A stretch of DNA of 64,000 nt, taken from NCBI RefSeq assembly GCF_006345805.1, contig NC_042999.1:140120001-140184000 (forward strand), written 5' to 3'. Position 1 is the stretch's first letter. The number at the start of each line of letters is the position of its first letter. This document shows positions 51,348-64,000 of this stretch, one piece after another. The notes beneath the pieces were generated by a model. It made no database searches. It saw only the letters and a list, made by a program, of their open reading frames with translations, and had not been told where the DNA came from. A program made the translations under genes and the position numbers. Origin of the DNA: Octopus sinensis (Eukaryota).

Positions 51348-53410
51348 TGTGATTGCAAAGCAAACCTGTTAACCATACAGCTATGCCTTTACAAGTATGT
51401 ATGTATACTCACAAACCTGCATGCAAGCAGGCAGATCTGTGCATGTATATGTCTATGTAATGAAACAGAATAAAATAAAAGTATATTGAACTATTACCTT
51501 TCCTGGTGGATGATGGAGTTGATAAAATATATATAATATGCAATTGCTGGTTGTCAATCCAAGAAGATTGCAGAGTAATATTTAATTTCAGGACTATTAA
51601 CTTCTATTTCATGATGAAGCTAATAAACCTGAAAAATGATCTTATTAGCAACACTGCATCTCAGACATGATCAAGTAGATCTATAATCAAGAGTATTCAA
51701 GCTATGCCCTTCTCTTTTTCTGACTCATCACAGTGAACTAAGAACCATCTTAATGTATTTGTTTGTTCTAAAACAACAGTTTCATTGAAGCAGTTTGACA
51801 ATTGTTCTTTGCAGATGAAGCGTCTTATGAATAGGTAAAAAGGAAAATTGTTACTTAATTGGTAGTTTATTTTAGATTTTGAAATTCTTATTCGTTATAC
51901 ATCTTCACTGACAAGGTTAAAGTATTTTTGATTTGAAAGAAATTATCATTCATTTTATTTGAAGATTATAGACTAATGCAGAAAGGAATTCTAGAAACTA
52001 ATTCTTGAACACAATTAGTTTGTCATTTTTGGAAGTTGTTTTAGGACACTCAGGAAAATCACAAACTGTTCTAGAAGGCTAATAGATGACAAGAACTTTA
52101 GTTTGATCACAAGAATTTTTTTTGGTATATCTAAACCAGTCAGCTGGTTAAGATGTAAGAGTTATATAAAATAGATACAACCTCTACTCGACAAGGATAT
52201 TAGGATATCAATGTACTCCACTCATTCTGATGAATTGCTTCAGTTATAAATTCCATTTGTTTATTGGAGGGAAGACAATGTTGTCAATGTGTTTAATATA
52301 TAATTACAATGATTGATCCATTTATTGTATTATAAATAGCTAATAGACAAGTCTTATGCTAGAGAGATGATATATGTAACCTGTAAGAATTTCTTGATTA
52401 CATTATACACCCACACATATTACATAGAGAACAACTTTACACAACACACAAACCCTTTCTCTTATCTCAAAAGATATATTTTTGACTTATTCTTTTCTTA
52501 GCTCATGACTGTTAAAAAGTTAGACATTTTCTGTTATTCCTACTCCCAAATAAATAACTATCCTTGAATTTGGTATTATCTTTTATGTTGTGTGTCTTTT
52601 TCTTCCTTTCTTCCATTGGTATGATTCTGTTTGGTTCACCATATTAGTATGACAACCAAAGAGGACATTAATGTTATTTGGGGATTATCAATACTTGATA
52701 TGCCATATTGATAGTGAGTCATAGCAGCTACTTGCTTCTGAATGAGAAAGGGCAAAGTTTTATGATTGGTAAATTATTCCTCAAGAAATGAATAGTTCTG
52801 TTGACTTGAAAGACAAGAAAACCAAGCTGTGATGTACGAGCCTCCCAAAAGGGTAATGACTGTAAGTGAAGATAATTAACCATATCCAGAAGTGTAAACC
52901 AAGTTAGGGTCTTAGCTTATTCTGGATTTTATTCCTCTGAACTTAAACCTCTTCCTTCGCATAAATATATTTGAATCTTATTGGTGATGTCTTTTTATTT
53001 ATTTATTTTTTTTAACAACTTAAATCTTCAGGAAATAACATCAATTGAAAACATTACCAACACATTCAAAATGTGGAAATGTTCCCCAAAACAGTCATCA
53101 CCATAAGCTCATCATTGAGTTATTTCACTTTCGTTTTGTTTTAATTATATACAGAGTTGTCAGAAACATGAATAAAGGTATATTTAATAGCATACAAAAT
53201 AAATTTTTGGTTTATTGAGGTTATCATTGCTTCCAAAGATAAGACAAATGGCTTAAGGTAATTGTAACCAACTCCAAATGAGAAAGAGAGATAATCTCAA
53301 AGATCAATAATTCTCCAATGGTTGTCTGAGGACAGCTTTGAACAAATTTTTGTCTCAGTAGGCATCACCAGTCAACCAGTTATATATGTGTGTGTGCGTG
53401 TGTGTATATA

Positions 53411-53587
53411 TACTGTATTTATTCATGTATAGGTTACACTTGTGTATGTCACACCCCTTATTTAGTGCTCAGTCCTGGTAAAAAAATTTTTTCCTTAGTG
53501 TTAGCTTCGCACCAAATGACTTACATCCTAGTTTTTCAATTAAAATCAAGTACAAAATAGTGCGACTTATACTTGAGTAAATATGTA
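53411..53587. mobile_element. Tc2/pogo-like MITE
   Basis: Imperfect TIRs tactgtatttattcatgtataggttacac / gtgcgacttatacttgagtaaatatgta with TA ends. Confidence 0.6.
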
Positions 53588-53707
53588 TTTTATTTCTTTT
53601 TATTCATTTCACACCTCCCCCCCATTTTCTTCACCACGCTAGCTTAACCTAAATGGGAATTGTTATTGAGGTGGTACTGTATGATTTTCACTCACCTGCT
53701 TTTTCAG

Positions 53708-53795
53708 ATAAGAGGTTTTTATATTCAACAATTCTTCAGAAACATGAAGTGACTGATCATAATGTCAGTAAAGATTATCACTCAAATGGTGACAG
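53708..53795 (+). CDS. Candidate PRR5-like downstream exon: (D)KRFLYSTILQKHEVTDHNVSKDYHSNGD; 3' end uncertain (53767, 53788 or 53795)
   Basis: Acceptor ctcacctgctttttcag. Open in phase 1 following exon 47714-47873. DKRFL resembles EKRLL of human PRR5. Confidence 0.5.
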
Positions 53796-53805
53796 GCAAA
53801 CTATC

Positions 53806-53853
<48 letters not shown>

Positions 53854-53864
53854 AGTGTATATAT

Positions 53865-54655
53865 CATCATCATCATCATCATTTAACATTCATTTTCCAT
53901 GCTGGCATGGGTTGGATGGTTTGACTGAAAGCTGGAGAGCTGCACCAGGTTCCAATCTGATTTGACATGGTTTCTATGGCTGGATGCACTTTCTGACACT
54001 AATTACTCCAAGAGTGCAGTGAGTGCTTTTTACATGCCACCAGCATGGATGCCAGTTATGCACTCCGGGCATTGGCCACAACTATGATCTCACTTGGCTT
54101 GACAGGTCTTCTCAAGCACGGTATACCACCAAAGGTTTTGGTCACTTGTCACTGCCTCTGTGCAGCCCAATGTTTGAACAGTACTTTTTACATGTGACTG
54201 GTACGGGTGTTAGTTACGTGACACTGGCATTGGCCACAACTAAGGTTTCGCTTGGCTTGATGGGTCTTCTCAAGCATATCACCCAATGTTTAAGGGTGCT
54301 TTTGATGTGCCAATTACATGACACTGGCAACAGCTACAACTATGATTTCACTTGGCTTCACAGGTTTTTTCAAGCACAGCATATTGCCAAAGGTCTTGGT
54401 TACTTGTCATTGCCTCTGTGAGGCCCAACGTCTGAAAACCATGCTTCATTCCATGTCTTCCTGGGTCTACCTCTTCTACACGTTCCTGCCACCACTAGAG
54501 TTCAGTACTTCTTCACATGACTGTCCACATCCATACACATCACATGACCATACCAGTGCAGTTGTCTCTCTTGCACATCACATCTAATGCCTCTTATACC
54601 CAACTTTTCTCTCGATGCTTAAACTGTGTTTTGCATGCACACTGACATTACACAT
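53865..54655 (+). mobile_element. (CAT)n-headed SINE with three internal repeats of a roughly 100-bp module, followed by an RTE 3' fragment on the minus strand (about 54440-54655)
   Basis: The cattggccacaactatgat..ttggcttga..tcttctcaagcac module recurs near 54070, 54225 and 54320. Confidence 0.7.
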
Positions 54656-54993
54656 CCAGGATTTTTTCTTGTGGAGATACTTGAGAGGATTTACTTCAAC
54701 AAACTGGAGATCTTGGTGCAATATCAATAGAGAAATCAGAAAAGTGGGGTCTGAAACTCTTGAGGGTGTTATGGTGCAAGTTCTGGCAAGAGGATGGGTG
54801 TGCGAAGCCGAAAATGGCTGCCATTTAAGCTATGTCATTTTTCATGTGATGTAGTGGTGTTGCAAAATTTGAATTGTGCATATTAATTTCCATTATGTCC
54901 TTTATATTGCATCAAAATTTCATGCATTTATTTGTAAAGTTAAGGAAGTTATTAAAAATTGAAACTCATCAGTGACTTTTGGGATACCCTGTA
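54655..54993 (+). mobile_element. 3' end of a Tc1/mariner (maT/rosa-like) transposon
   Basis: DFFLWRYL...IRKVGSETLEGVMVQVLARGWVCEAENGCHLSYVIF resembles the DD37D/DD41D transposase C-terminus. Ends gggataccctgta. Confidence 0.6.
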
Positions 54994-56289
54994 TGTATAA
55001 GGGAGAGATCTATAAATAGATAAATATATGATCTTGATTCATAAGAATAGTTCATAACTGTAGTTTAGAAACATTAATTAAATAGAAACCAATCTATGCA
55101 AATTATTTCGATTGCCTTGGCAAGTAGATATTAGATTAAGTTTATTGAGGGCTCAATTTCTAAATAGATCTGTAAAGATATATTGGGTATTCATTTAGAT
55201 TTAGGAATAATTAAGTCTTAATTTACTTCAAATTTATAAAATTATTTTTCTCAAAATGACTTTAAAAAATAAAATTGAAATGTGGCTCTTACTTGCAAAG
55301 GAGTATTGTTTTGATCATAAATTGACTTTATATTTCAATCAATATAAACACTTAAATTACAGGTGGTGGTGATTGGACAATAAAGAAAAGAATTTCTTCT
55401 GAAAATAAGTTGTTAATTCTACAGCTGTTGCCTAAAGTAATTCTATATAAGTGTATATATGTTATGTTGTAAATGTTTGGGGATTTAACAACTAAAGGAT
55501 CACAATTTTGACAAAACCGGTCCCATTTGTCTTTAGAGCAGCCCAAACCATAAATGATATGGTTAGACTGTATGTTTGGTTTTGTTCATTTTACATCAGT
55601 TTTATCATACTACCATGTGTTGGATGAATATGTATTTAGACAATATTTTACAACCAGAGACCCTTCTTATTGCTAACCCTTACCTGTTTTTCAAATATTG
55701 GATTTTTGTTTTGTTCCACTCTTCTTTGAAAGCACAGAAACAATTTATTTTTAAGTGTCAACAAGTGTCATGGTTTTGCTCAACATTTCATGCAAAGTCC
55801 CAAAATGGAAACTCACATATAAATCACAAGTTTCCATTTCATTCACAAAGCATTGGTTAGCCTGAAGCTATAGAAGACACTTGGCCCAGATTCCACACAA
55901 TGAGATAGATCTTGATGCTGTTTAACCAAGCAAATTCTCTGTGTGTAATCATTTTATGTCCACTTTCCATGCTGGCAGGTGTTAATCGTACATTGTTATA
56001 GATTTGGAAATAAATATATAAGAAAAATTGCATAATGCACCATAGAATTTGTAAAAGTTTGTATACGAATCAGAATCTTTACAGATCCCGTGTATAATCC
56101 CCAGCTATTGATGCTGAATGAAATTACAATACTATTTGAGAACAGTATATTTTCTTTGGAGTTCATTTTACATCCATTTTTTTTCAATTGATTGCTGGAT
56201 GGGACAGGTCTTTTCCAACATGGCATTTCATCACTTCTTGCACCAACTTCCTGAAATAATTTTCCTCAACTTCTGTATCTAGATATTTC

Positions 56290-56720
56290 TTCTACATCCA
56301 CCTGTGCCAGCTCAGAATTCTCTCTTGCACACTATTTGTATTCCTCTATTGCCTAGTTTTCCTCTCACCTCATTTGGTGCCATCATTCAAGCACACTGAC
56401 ATTACACATCCAACAGAGATGTTCACCTATTTCTTTCCTTAAAACATTTTACTTCTTACACAAGAATAATTCAATTTGTCTTGTATTTGAAGAGAGAATC
56501 CTTTTGTTACCAGCAGAAGTAATAGCTCTCTAATTTTTTTCCACAGTTGTTATTCTAGCTACTGTGCTTTGGAATTCTCTTCTTCACCCTTAGTTCTTTT
56601 ACTAAGGTGACTTAATCATCAACTACTTCTTCAAGTGAACCTTCCAACCGCCTGAAAGAATACACTTCAAAGCTGTCCTTACTGTGCATGTGAAGTCTTT
56701 TTTCTGTTGTCCTGATTATA
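56290..56720 (-). mobile_element. RTE LINE fragment, decayed
   Basis: Similar to 15700-16100 and 36900-37150. Confidence 0.5.
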
Positions 56721-58349
56721 ATCCTATTGTAACTCTTGTGCACCTATAGTTTACATTGTATACACTATATGGAATTTCTACCCACTCCTTTTCTGTATAT
56801 TGATGATGACCATTTTGCAGATTGCAGTAAAGTCCTGTCATTGATAGTGTAATTAGGAGCATGTTGACTTTACAATTACTGGCAGATCTTTCCAGGACAA
56901 CCCCTCCCCCCACTTATGTAGAGAGGATGGTTAATAAACCTTCTTTCAGTAGGGCTCAAATCCATTTGAATCAAAATTTCTTCAACTATTAGTACTTTAT
57001 GGCAGTCCTCAGTGCAATCAGCTATGGTCACATTATCAGAGGCTAGATTGCATCAGTGTGCAGCACCATCTGCTCTGTTGTGAATTACACACTATCAATG
57101 GTATCCTCTCTTTTCACTCCTGTACTTCTTGGCTCTCAAGCCTTTCTGTGGAAACCAGAAGTATTGAATTTTATCCCATTTGAACTAAGACAAAGGAAGA
57201 CTATTACTATGTGTGAATGACTTCACCATCAAAGCATCAAACATGGAAATCAGTGTGGTGGGTAGTGTAATGAAGGAATATTAGGCTGAAACAGAAGCAC
57301 ATATTAACCAGGACAAGTTGGTGAATTTCTATTTCATTACTTGGATAAGAAAACCCATGCTGGCAGCATCACACGTCACTGGACCATAGGCCATGTTAAG
57401 ATGTCTGGGATCTGATTTGGGTCAGATCTCCTATTAGATACGAATTAAGATGAAGTTAAAAGCAGGGTAATTGGTCTCATCTTGAAATGGGTTGAAAGGA
57501 AATTGAAGGTCAGGTTGAGATGCCAAATATATCCATTATCATCATCATCGTTTAACGTCTGCCTTCCATGCTAGCATGGGTGGGACGGTTTCACAAGAGC
57601 TGGCCAGGCAGAAGCCTGCACCAAACTTCTGTGACTGTTTTGTCAGGATTTTTACAGCCGGATGCCCTTCCTAACACCAACCACTTTATAGGGTGGACTG
57701 GGTGCTTTTAAGTGGCACCTGCACTGACGGGGTCACCAAGTACTTGTAAGACAAAAAAAAACTTTCAGGGGGGGAGGGGACATGGGAGGAGGAGATCTTG
57801 TGTTGGATGATGAAAGGTTATAGTGAGACAGAAACAGGTGTCTTCCTGTAGAGGAAGTACAAGGTTACCCAGCCAGAGAGAGAGAGATCAGGAATGAAGA
57901 CAGAAACAAGTGCACTACCACAAAAGAAATACATGGTTACCCAACCTGAGGGAAGTGCAAGAGAAGGAGAGAGAGATGGAGGCAAAATGCTAGGCATACT
58001 CACTCACAAAGGGACAAGGATCAGAATATAAATGGGATGGTTAAGTAAAGAAAGAGAGAAATCTAGATGGTGTTAAGTGTCAAAGCAGACCCTTGAGGTT
58101 TGAATGCCATAATATAAGTGGCAGGGTATTGCGAAGGGAGTGTGACTAAAGAGTGCAGAGTGGGGGGAAGGGGGTGGCGAATACCTGGGTATATATAGTC
58201 AGGATTGGGGAGTGGGAGGTAAGCAGAGTGCATGAAGCAGAAATGTGAGGAAGAGAAGAAATGTAGAGACTGTTTGGTTTGTAGAGTGTGTGAGAAGTTT
58301 TCTTGTTAAGTGTAGGTGAGACACACGCTGCTTCTATAAGTCAGTTTTG

Positions 58350-58605
58350 GTTGGGTCATCTCTAGAACTTCGTATCACCAGACATTTCAGTCCATTGTCA
58401 TTTCCTTCGTGAGGCCCAACATCCTGAGATTGGTCCTTACCACTTCATTCCATGTTTTCCTGGGTTTCCCTCTTTTACAGGTACCATCTACTTTCAGTGA
58501 TTGGCACTTCTTTATGCAGCTGTCCTCATTCATACATATCACATGTCCAAACCAACATAGTCTTCTCTCTTGCATGCTACATTTGATTCCTTTTATGCCA
58601 CTCAA
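58350..58605 (-). mobile_element. RTE LINE 3' end fragment
   Basis: GIKCSMQERRLCWFGHVICMNEDSCIKKCQSLKVDGTCKRGKPRKTWNEVVRTNLRMLGL. Confidence 0.85.
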
Positions 58606-61562
58606 TAATCAGGGATTGAACCATGTTAAACTTATGAATTGATTTGTGATAACATGAGTCAGTGATCAATCAAAGACTCTGCATGGGCTACAAAAGCATG
58701 CCTCACTGATCATTTACAATACTGAGGACAACTTGAAACAAAGCCTATTCTCTCCAGATGTTCTATTTATTTATCACTGATTCATTTAACACATTTGTTT
58801 TTTGGGTTTTTTTGTTGTTTTTTTTAAAAATCCAAATGCTCATGATAGACAAAGATAGATATACCATTATTGTGCTGGATTGATTCTGTTAACTGTAGCT
58901 TTTCCATAGAATATAAGAACACATTGTAAGTGTTGAATTATTATCACTGTCAGAAAGGAGCAGAAACATTACTGTCAGGCTTAATAACTTCACGTCCTGC
59001 ATTCTTAGTTCAAATCCTGGTAGTTAATTTCACCCTTCTTTCACTCCAGGACTAATAAAATAAGTACCAGTCTTGTGTTGGTTTGATTAGATTGAATGCA
59101 GGCCTCCCCTACAAATGTGTCGGCTTCTATTTGTGTGTAAAGTTGTGAAATGGCAGAACTAATAGAATGCTGAACAATATTGAATTCCATCCTATTTTCT
59201 GACTACAGTGTGTGTGTGTGGCTATGCTGGTATTTAAACACTTGGCTATGCTGCAAGGAGTTTAAAAGATTACAATTTTTGAAGTTCTCCTTAAATCCAC
59301 GACATAGTGTGTATATGATACACATGTATATCAGTTCAAAAATACCATCCAGTATTATCAGTAGTGATTTTTAGATTTTTAGAAACTGTTATTTTCATTT
59401 TCTCACATTTTGGGCAAAATTTCAGCACTTATTCACTTACGCATGTAATATTTTTTTTAGTCCTTATCTCCAACTTTATATAATTCTTTTTCAAATAGTC
59501 TTCAGATTCTTTTTGTTTTAATCCGAAACTGCTAGAGGTTAAGGTGTTTATGGCTGAAGTATTTTTCTTTGGATATAAATACTTTATTTGCAATTGAATA
59601 CATTAGTTACTTCACTTTCAGCAAATTTAGAATATTATTTAGTTTCAATTTATTATAGGATTATCATCAACATTATTTAACATCTGTTTTCCATGCTGGC
59701 ATGGATTGGGCTGTTTGACAGGAGCTGACCAGCTGGAGAGCTAGCTCTGGATGAAGATGTAATTAAAAATAACAAAATATATTCATACACTTCAAATGCA
59801 AAGAATATTTATATTCAGTATTGCAGCAGTAATATCTCCTTAACCTAATAAATTTATGATAAAAATTAGATTAATTTTTTTTTAATTGAAAGCAAATTTA
59901 GAGATTTTAGATAATCTCAAATTTTCAAAACAAAAAACCTGAAGACTATTACTAGAAAAAGTGATAGTAAAAAAAGTGACAAGGTTGGAGCTTTTAAAAA
60001 TCCATATGTGAACAAATAAGTGACAAAATTCCAGTTTGCATGGTGTCTGAAAATGTTTGTTACTTTTCTGAAAAATGTTTTTTAACCTCGCGCATATATT
60101 GTTAAATTGTGAGAGTTTTGCTATTAATATTATTTGTTATAATTAACAATTACACTTTATTATTTGTCTGCAAAGGAAAGACAATTTGTCTATTATTGAA
60201 ATGATATACAAATGCATATATAATGGAATTGGGAGGAACTGGTAGCACATCTGGTCAGATGTTTTTTAATATTTTAATTAGTAGCCTCTCATGTGTGAGT
60301 TCAAGCCCAGCAAGGCTAACTTTTTTCTCCAATTTACTAGGTACCACTTATATACTGGAATGATTCAAATGACTGCAACACTTCTCTAGAAAAGAAATTA
60401 CACACACATTAAGCAAATTAAAATGCATTAAGGCAAATCCAGGATTAAGATTACTGGAGTAGCAAGCATAATTTGATGACCAAAAAAAAACTCATAAAAA
60501 TTGAGATAGTCACTCTTGTGCACTAAAACAAATTAATTAGCTGGATCCATCACAGACAATCATTTAATATTCACTTTTCCCTGTTTGCATGAGTCAAACA
60601 GAATTCCTTGAGGCAGGTTTTCTACAGCCAGATGCCCTTCTTGTTGCCAACCCCTACCTATTTCCAAGTAAGGTAATGTTTCCCTATGGCCATACATGTT
60701 TTTCATGGTATGCTGGAAACACACAACATTGTTTGCATGACAATTATGCTCATTTACAACCTCTGTGTGCTGTCTAGACAAGAGCACACACACACACACA
60801 ATGGACTGCTTTCTGTTGATATATTCGTAAAATTATATAGGGTAGTGAAAATTTTTAGAAATTTCACCACCAGTGGCCTAGCATGTATAAGAAGTCAATA
60901 GACAACAAATTCAATATAAAATATATATTGTTATATATATATATATAAAACAATAATCCCAAAATAGTGTAATGATAAACTCTCTGATAGCAGTTAACTC
61001 TTATGTCTGCTGGACTGAAAAATTCTTCCAACCACTACACTTCAGAGACATCACAAGTTTCCATACTTAAATTATTTTCATAAGTGTATATCATCTAATT
61101 TGTTTAATATACATGCTTCACACAAAAGATCATGGGTCAATTCTAAGTGAGGTGAATTCTGTAAAACTTTGGTAGAAATCAATTTCCAATCACACAGGAA
61201 TGTATTGCTTGATTTTACACTCTTTTATTGCATGCATGTACTGAGAATTCCTGTTTTTGTACTAATGTGAAACCAAATTCATGCACTGTGTGTGTGTGTT
61301 TATATGTGTATGCCACATATATACATACATGTGTGTGTGTGTATCATACATATGTGTATGTGTGTGTATATATATATATATATATATCTGTGCGTCTTTG
61401 TACATATGTATGCATGTGTGTATACTGATAAATATATAGTCTCACATATACACACATATATATGTATATTCTATACATTCACAAGTGACATTTGTGTGTG
61501 TGTGCGTTGCGAATGTCTTCAATGATTTGTGTTTCTATTTTCATGTTTTGTATCACTTGCAG

Positions 61563-61602
61563 ACGCATCGAAAATTCTACTAAATGCCCTAGTCCATGGC
61601 AG
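61563..61602 (+). CDS. Candidate 40-nt PRR5-like exon (RIENSTKCPSPWQ in phase 2, or ASKILLNALVHG in phase 1)
   Basis: Strong acceptor tttcatgttttgtatcacttgcag and donor cag|gtaatg. No homology support recognised. Confidence 0.5.
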
Positions 61603-63619
61603 GTAATGTAATTGATTTCTATGACACTGTTCCTTTTGAACCGGTGCCAATCTGTTTCTAGATCCTTCATATCATGCAGTTCATTTTGCCACTGCTATTT
61701 TCTGCCTCTCTCTCTTTTTTCCTTTCTCTTTCATTTTTAGAAATACTATTCTTTATCTGTTCTTTCATGCTCTCTCTTTCTTGCTTTCTTTCTCTTGCTG
61801 CCATTTAGCTTATTTTAGCTGTGCATGAATAAATTGTTTAATGAAAATGCTATCACAATCCAAACTTGTACTTAATTTAATCTTGAACTGCACAGTATAA
61901 TCCCTGTTCATTAACATATACTTCTCACAGTCAAACTTTAGTTTATTACACTGAAAAGCTCAAAAAATCAACATATGTACCATAATTATATATTTATATA
62001 CAGATCCACTAATAACATATCAGTTTGATACTTTATGAAAATTTTAATTATGTATGATAATTTTGTTAAATCATCAAATTCTTTAGTGTTACCACTACTT
62101 ACATTGGGATATTTTACCACTTACTGAACATAAAAATAAACTTGTCTTCTAAACATCTGCACTGAAACAAGACCAGAGGACAATTTAAACTTAGTAACAA
62201 GCAGAACAATTATATAATGTCTTTAGGAAAAATATGAGCGTCATAGCTGCTCCTAATATTTGCTATTAATTATAGAGTTCAGCTTTGCTAACAGTTATGA
62301 ATTCTAACTACTGACTGTATTTATAGCTAAGTGGATTGAACCAAAAATGTTTGACATAGTTCAGTATTAGTGTCAGAATATATCTTGATTCAGCAGCTAG
62401 TTGCCAACATTCCCATTAACTCAACCAGAAATTATCAATACTGATCAAGCAGACCTATCATCGACAGTGCTCCAGCCATGACCATCCCATAGTTTTAATG
62501 ATACCTAAGACTGCATTACGTATTCTGTCCTTTTTTTACTTAAGATAGTAGGGAGTGATTTGAGGGAGATTTGGCTGTTATTTCTTGGAACAGAAATGAC
62601 CTAGAAGCTCCTTCATTGTTTTGTAGTCCAAAAGTGATTACATAATAAACTAGAAAACTCAAATGCATGTGTTCATTAAGCCTTTTATTTTCTTATCAAT
62701 AATGCTTCTAATGCTCTCTGCATGACCTGATAAAATTATTCCAAATTATCCAGTGCTTATTGTCTGTTCTGTGTAGATCTGTCCAATCAGTTGATGGCTT
62801 TGGTGACTTAGTGCCTCATTAGATCCTACCAACTTCTTTCATTTGTATCATTATTGGTTAGTCTTGTGGCTTATTCCTAATTAATTTTTTTTCTTTTTAC
62901 TTGGACTTATAAAATCATTTCTCTTTTATCAAAAATTGGTCTTTTTTTCTTCTAGGTACTTTTTTGTCTTTTATATGTATGTGACAGTGATATTTAACTT
63001 AATAGGTGTCATTTTATATTTTATTATTTATTGTTTTACTTGAAACCTTTCTGACTAATTGTTTGTCTTAATAACTAATTGTCCCACCACCAATTATAAC
63101 TCTAATGATCAAAAGTATGCTATCATTTTGGGCTGTCACATATCATATGATCAAATGTGATTGGCTTCATCTGCATCTTGAGTCACCTCTAACAAGACTG
63201 ACTAATCAGTGTTACTAATGTATAAACCTACACATCAGGATGGGGATGAAAACAGAAGAGTGTTCAATTTGACATTGCTGGCGGTAGGACTAAACCTAAA
63301 GCCATGTTTGACAAACTTCTTAACCACACAATCATGCCTGCACCTATATAATGTAACACAAATACACACATATATAATTGGTTCTCAGTATTTTGGATGA
63401 AATGTGATGTAATATTTTGTTCCAGCTTCCTAGAAATATGGTGCCCCAGCATGGCCGTGGCCTTCAGGCTAAAACATTTTTAAGGATTTTAAGGAAATTG
63501 TATATAATGCTCAGATGGATTACTCATCAGAAAAGGTAGCCTAAAGTGCATGTGCAGTACTTAGAATAATGCACACAAAGTGGACAATGAATGAGGCATT
63601 TAAAAAAGAAAGGTGTAGG

Positions 63620-64000
63620 GGACATTAGGTGTACTGTTGGTGAATTTCAGGAAGTATGGAAGTTTTGAAAGATGAAGTGTCTTGACAGCTAACAACTGAT
63701 ACAGGTAGTTTATTCCATGCTTCAGTAACTCTGAGTGTGTAAAATGTTTCTGAAGGTTAGGAGTGCTGTGTTGTTTCGATTTTGTAAGCATATCTATAGG
63801 TGTTAGACATGGAATTCAAAAAGGTGCCCAAAGTTGTTGTTGGAAAGATGGTGGATAATTTTGTGAGTGTTTACCAAGTTAGTTGCTAGACACTGGAGCC
63901 TTAATGTGTCCATGCCCAAGGAGGCAGGACATTTATAGTATGGTAGATACCTGACAGTGGGTATTCATCTAGTTGCATGTTTCTGAACAGTTCCCAAGAG
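63620..64000 (-). mobile_element. CR1 LINE 3' end
   Basis: The minus strand reads approximately KHF(T)LRVTEAWNKLPVSVVSCQDTSSFKTS. Homologous to 48730-48980. Confidence 0.75.

Noticed and set aside
53032-53106. Acceptor-like tcttcag followed by an open phase-0 frame (EITSIENITNTF..)
   Set aside because: It is closed after five codons in the phase required by exon 47714-47873, and no homology was recognised.
59939-59965. Other CTGANGA..GAAA strings (also near 13546, 58723 and 59500) as hammerheads
   Set aside because: They lack pairing in stems I and III or a valid NUH triplet.

Overview
AT-rich eukaryotic genomic DNA, dense in microsatellites and repeats. The SINE families suggest an octopus or other cephalopod (inferred from recognition, not a database search). 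One protein-coding gene is well supported: a + strand PRR5/PRR5L (Protor, mTORC2-associated, HbrB-like domain) homologue. Seven phase-consistent GT-AG exons between 34791 and 47873 splice into about 200 aa: IQDAVLHIFQRRPLPYSYYTLQSNLRRLIRTDTGPIIYDYFKDQLLKKGMVILRESMKNLKGVALLEKLSETWNYFYKEIIFTLQAILYPFQDNSTEEMPMTIRQVILADFRDTVLLKINQDVEEALEASNVPFEPIKQMVLVLQGLYDGSSLETQLKLERLVVRAVRPYLGVRGLYVRDTEPVVEASTNITLPPKDT. A probable CpG-rich promoter and first exons lie near 21-22 kb, and there are candidate downstream exons at 53.7 and 61.6 kb. The rest is decayed mobile DNA: CRE-like and R4/NeSL-like RLE retrotransposon fragments, RTE and CR1/L2 LINEs, Tc1/mariner relics, Helitron-like elements, several MITEs and foldbacks, and many SINEs. 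The most notable unannotated signals are three type I hammerhead ribozyme folds of the Penelope-like-element kind. Two are arranged head-to-head in a near-perfect hairpin at 13641-13831, and one with a canonical core lies on the minus strand at 16600-16663. There is also a 1.05 kb intronic foldback (43195-44244) inside the PRR5 gene. Most ORFs in the supplied track are microsatellite or repeat artefacts. Boundaries of decayed repeats are approximate.
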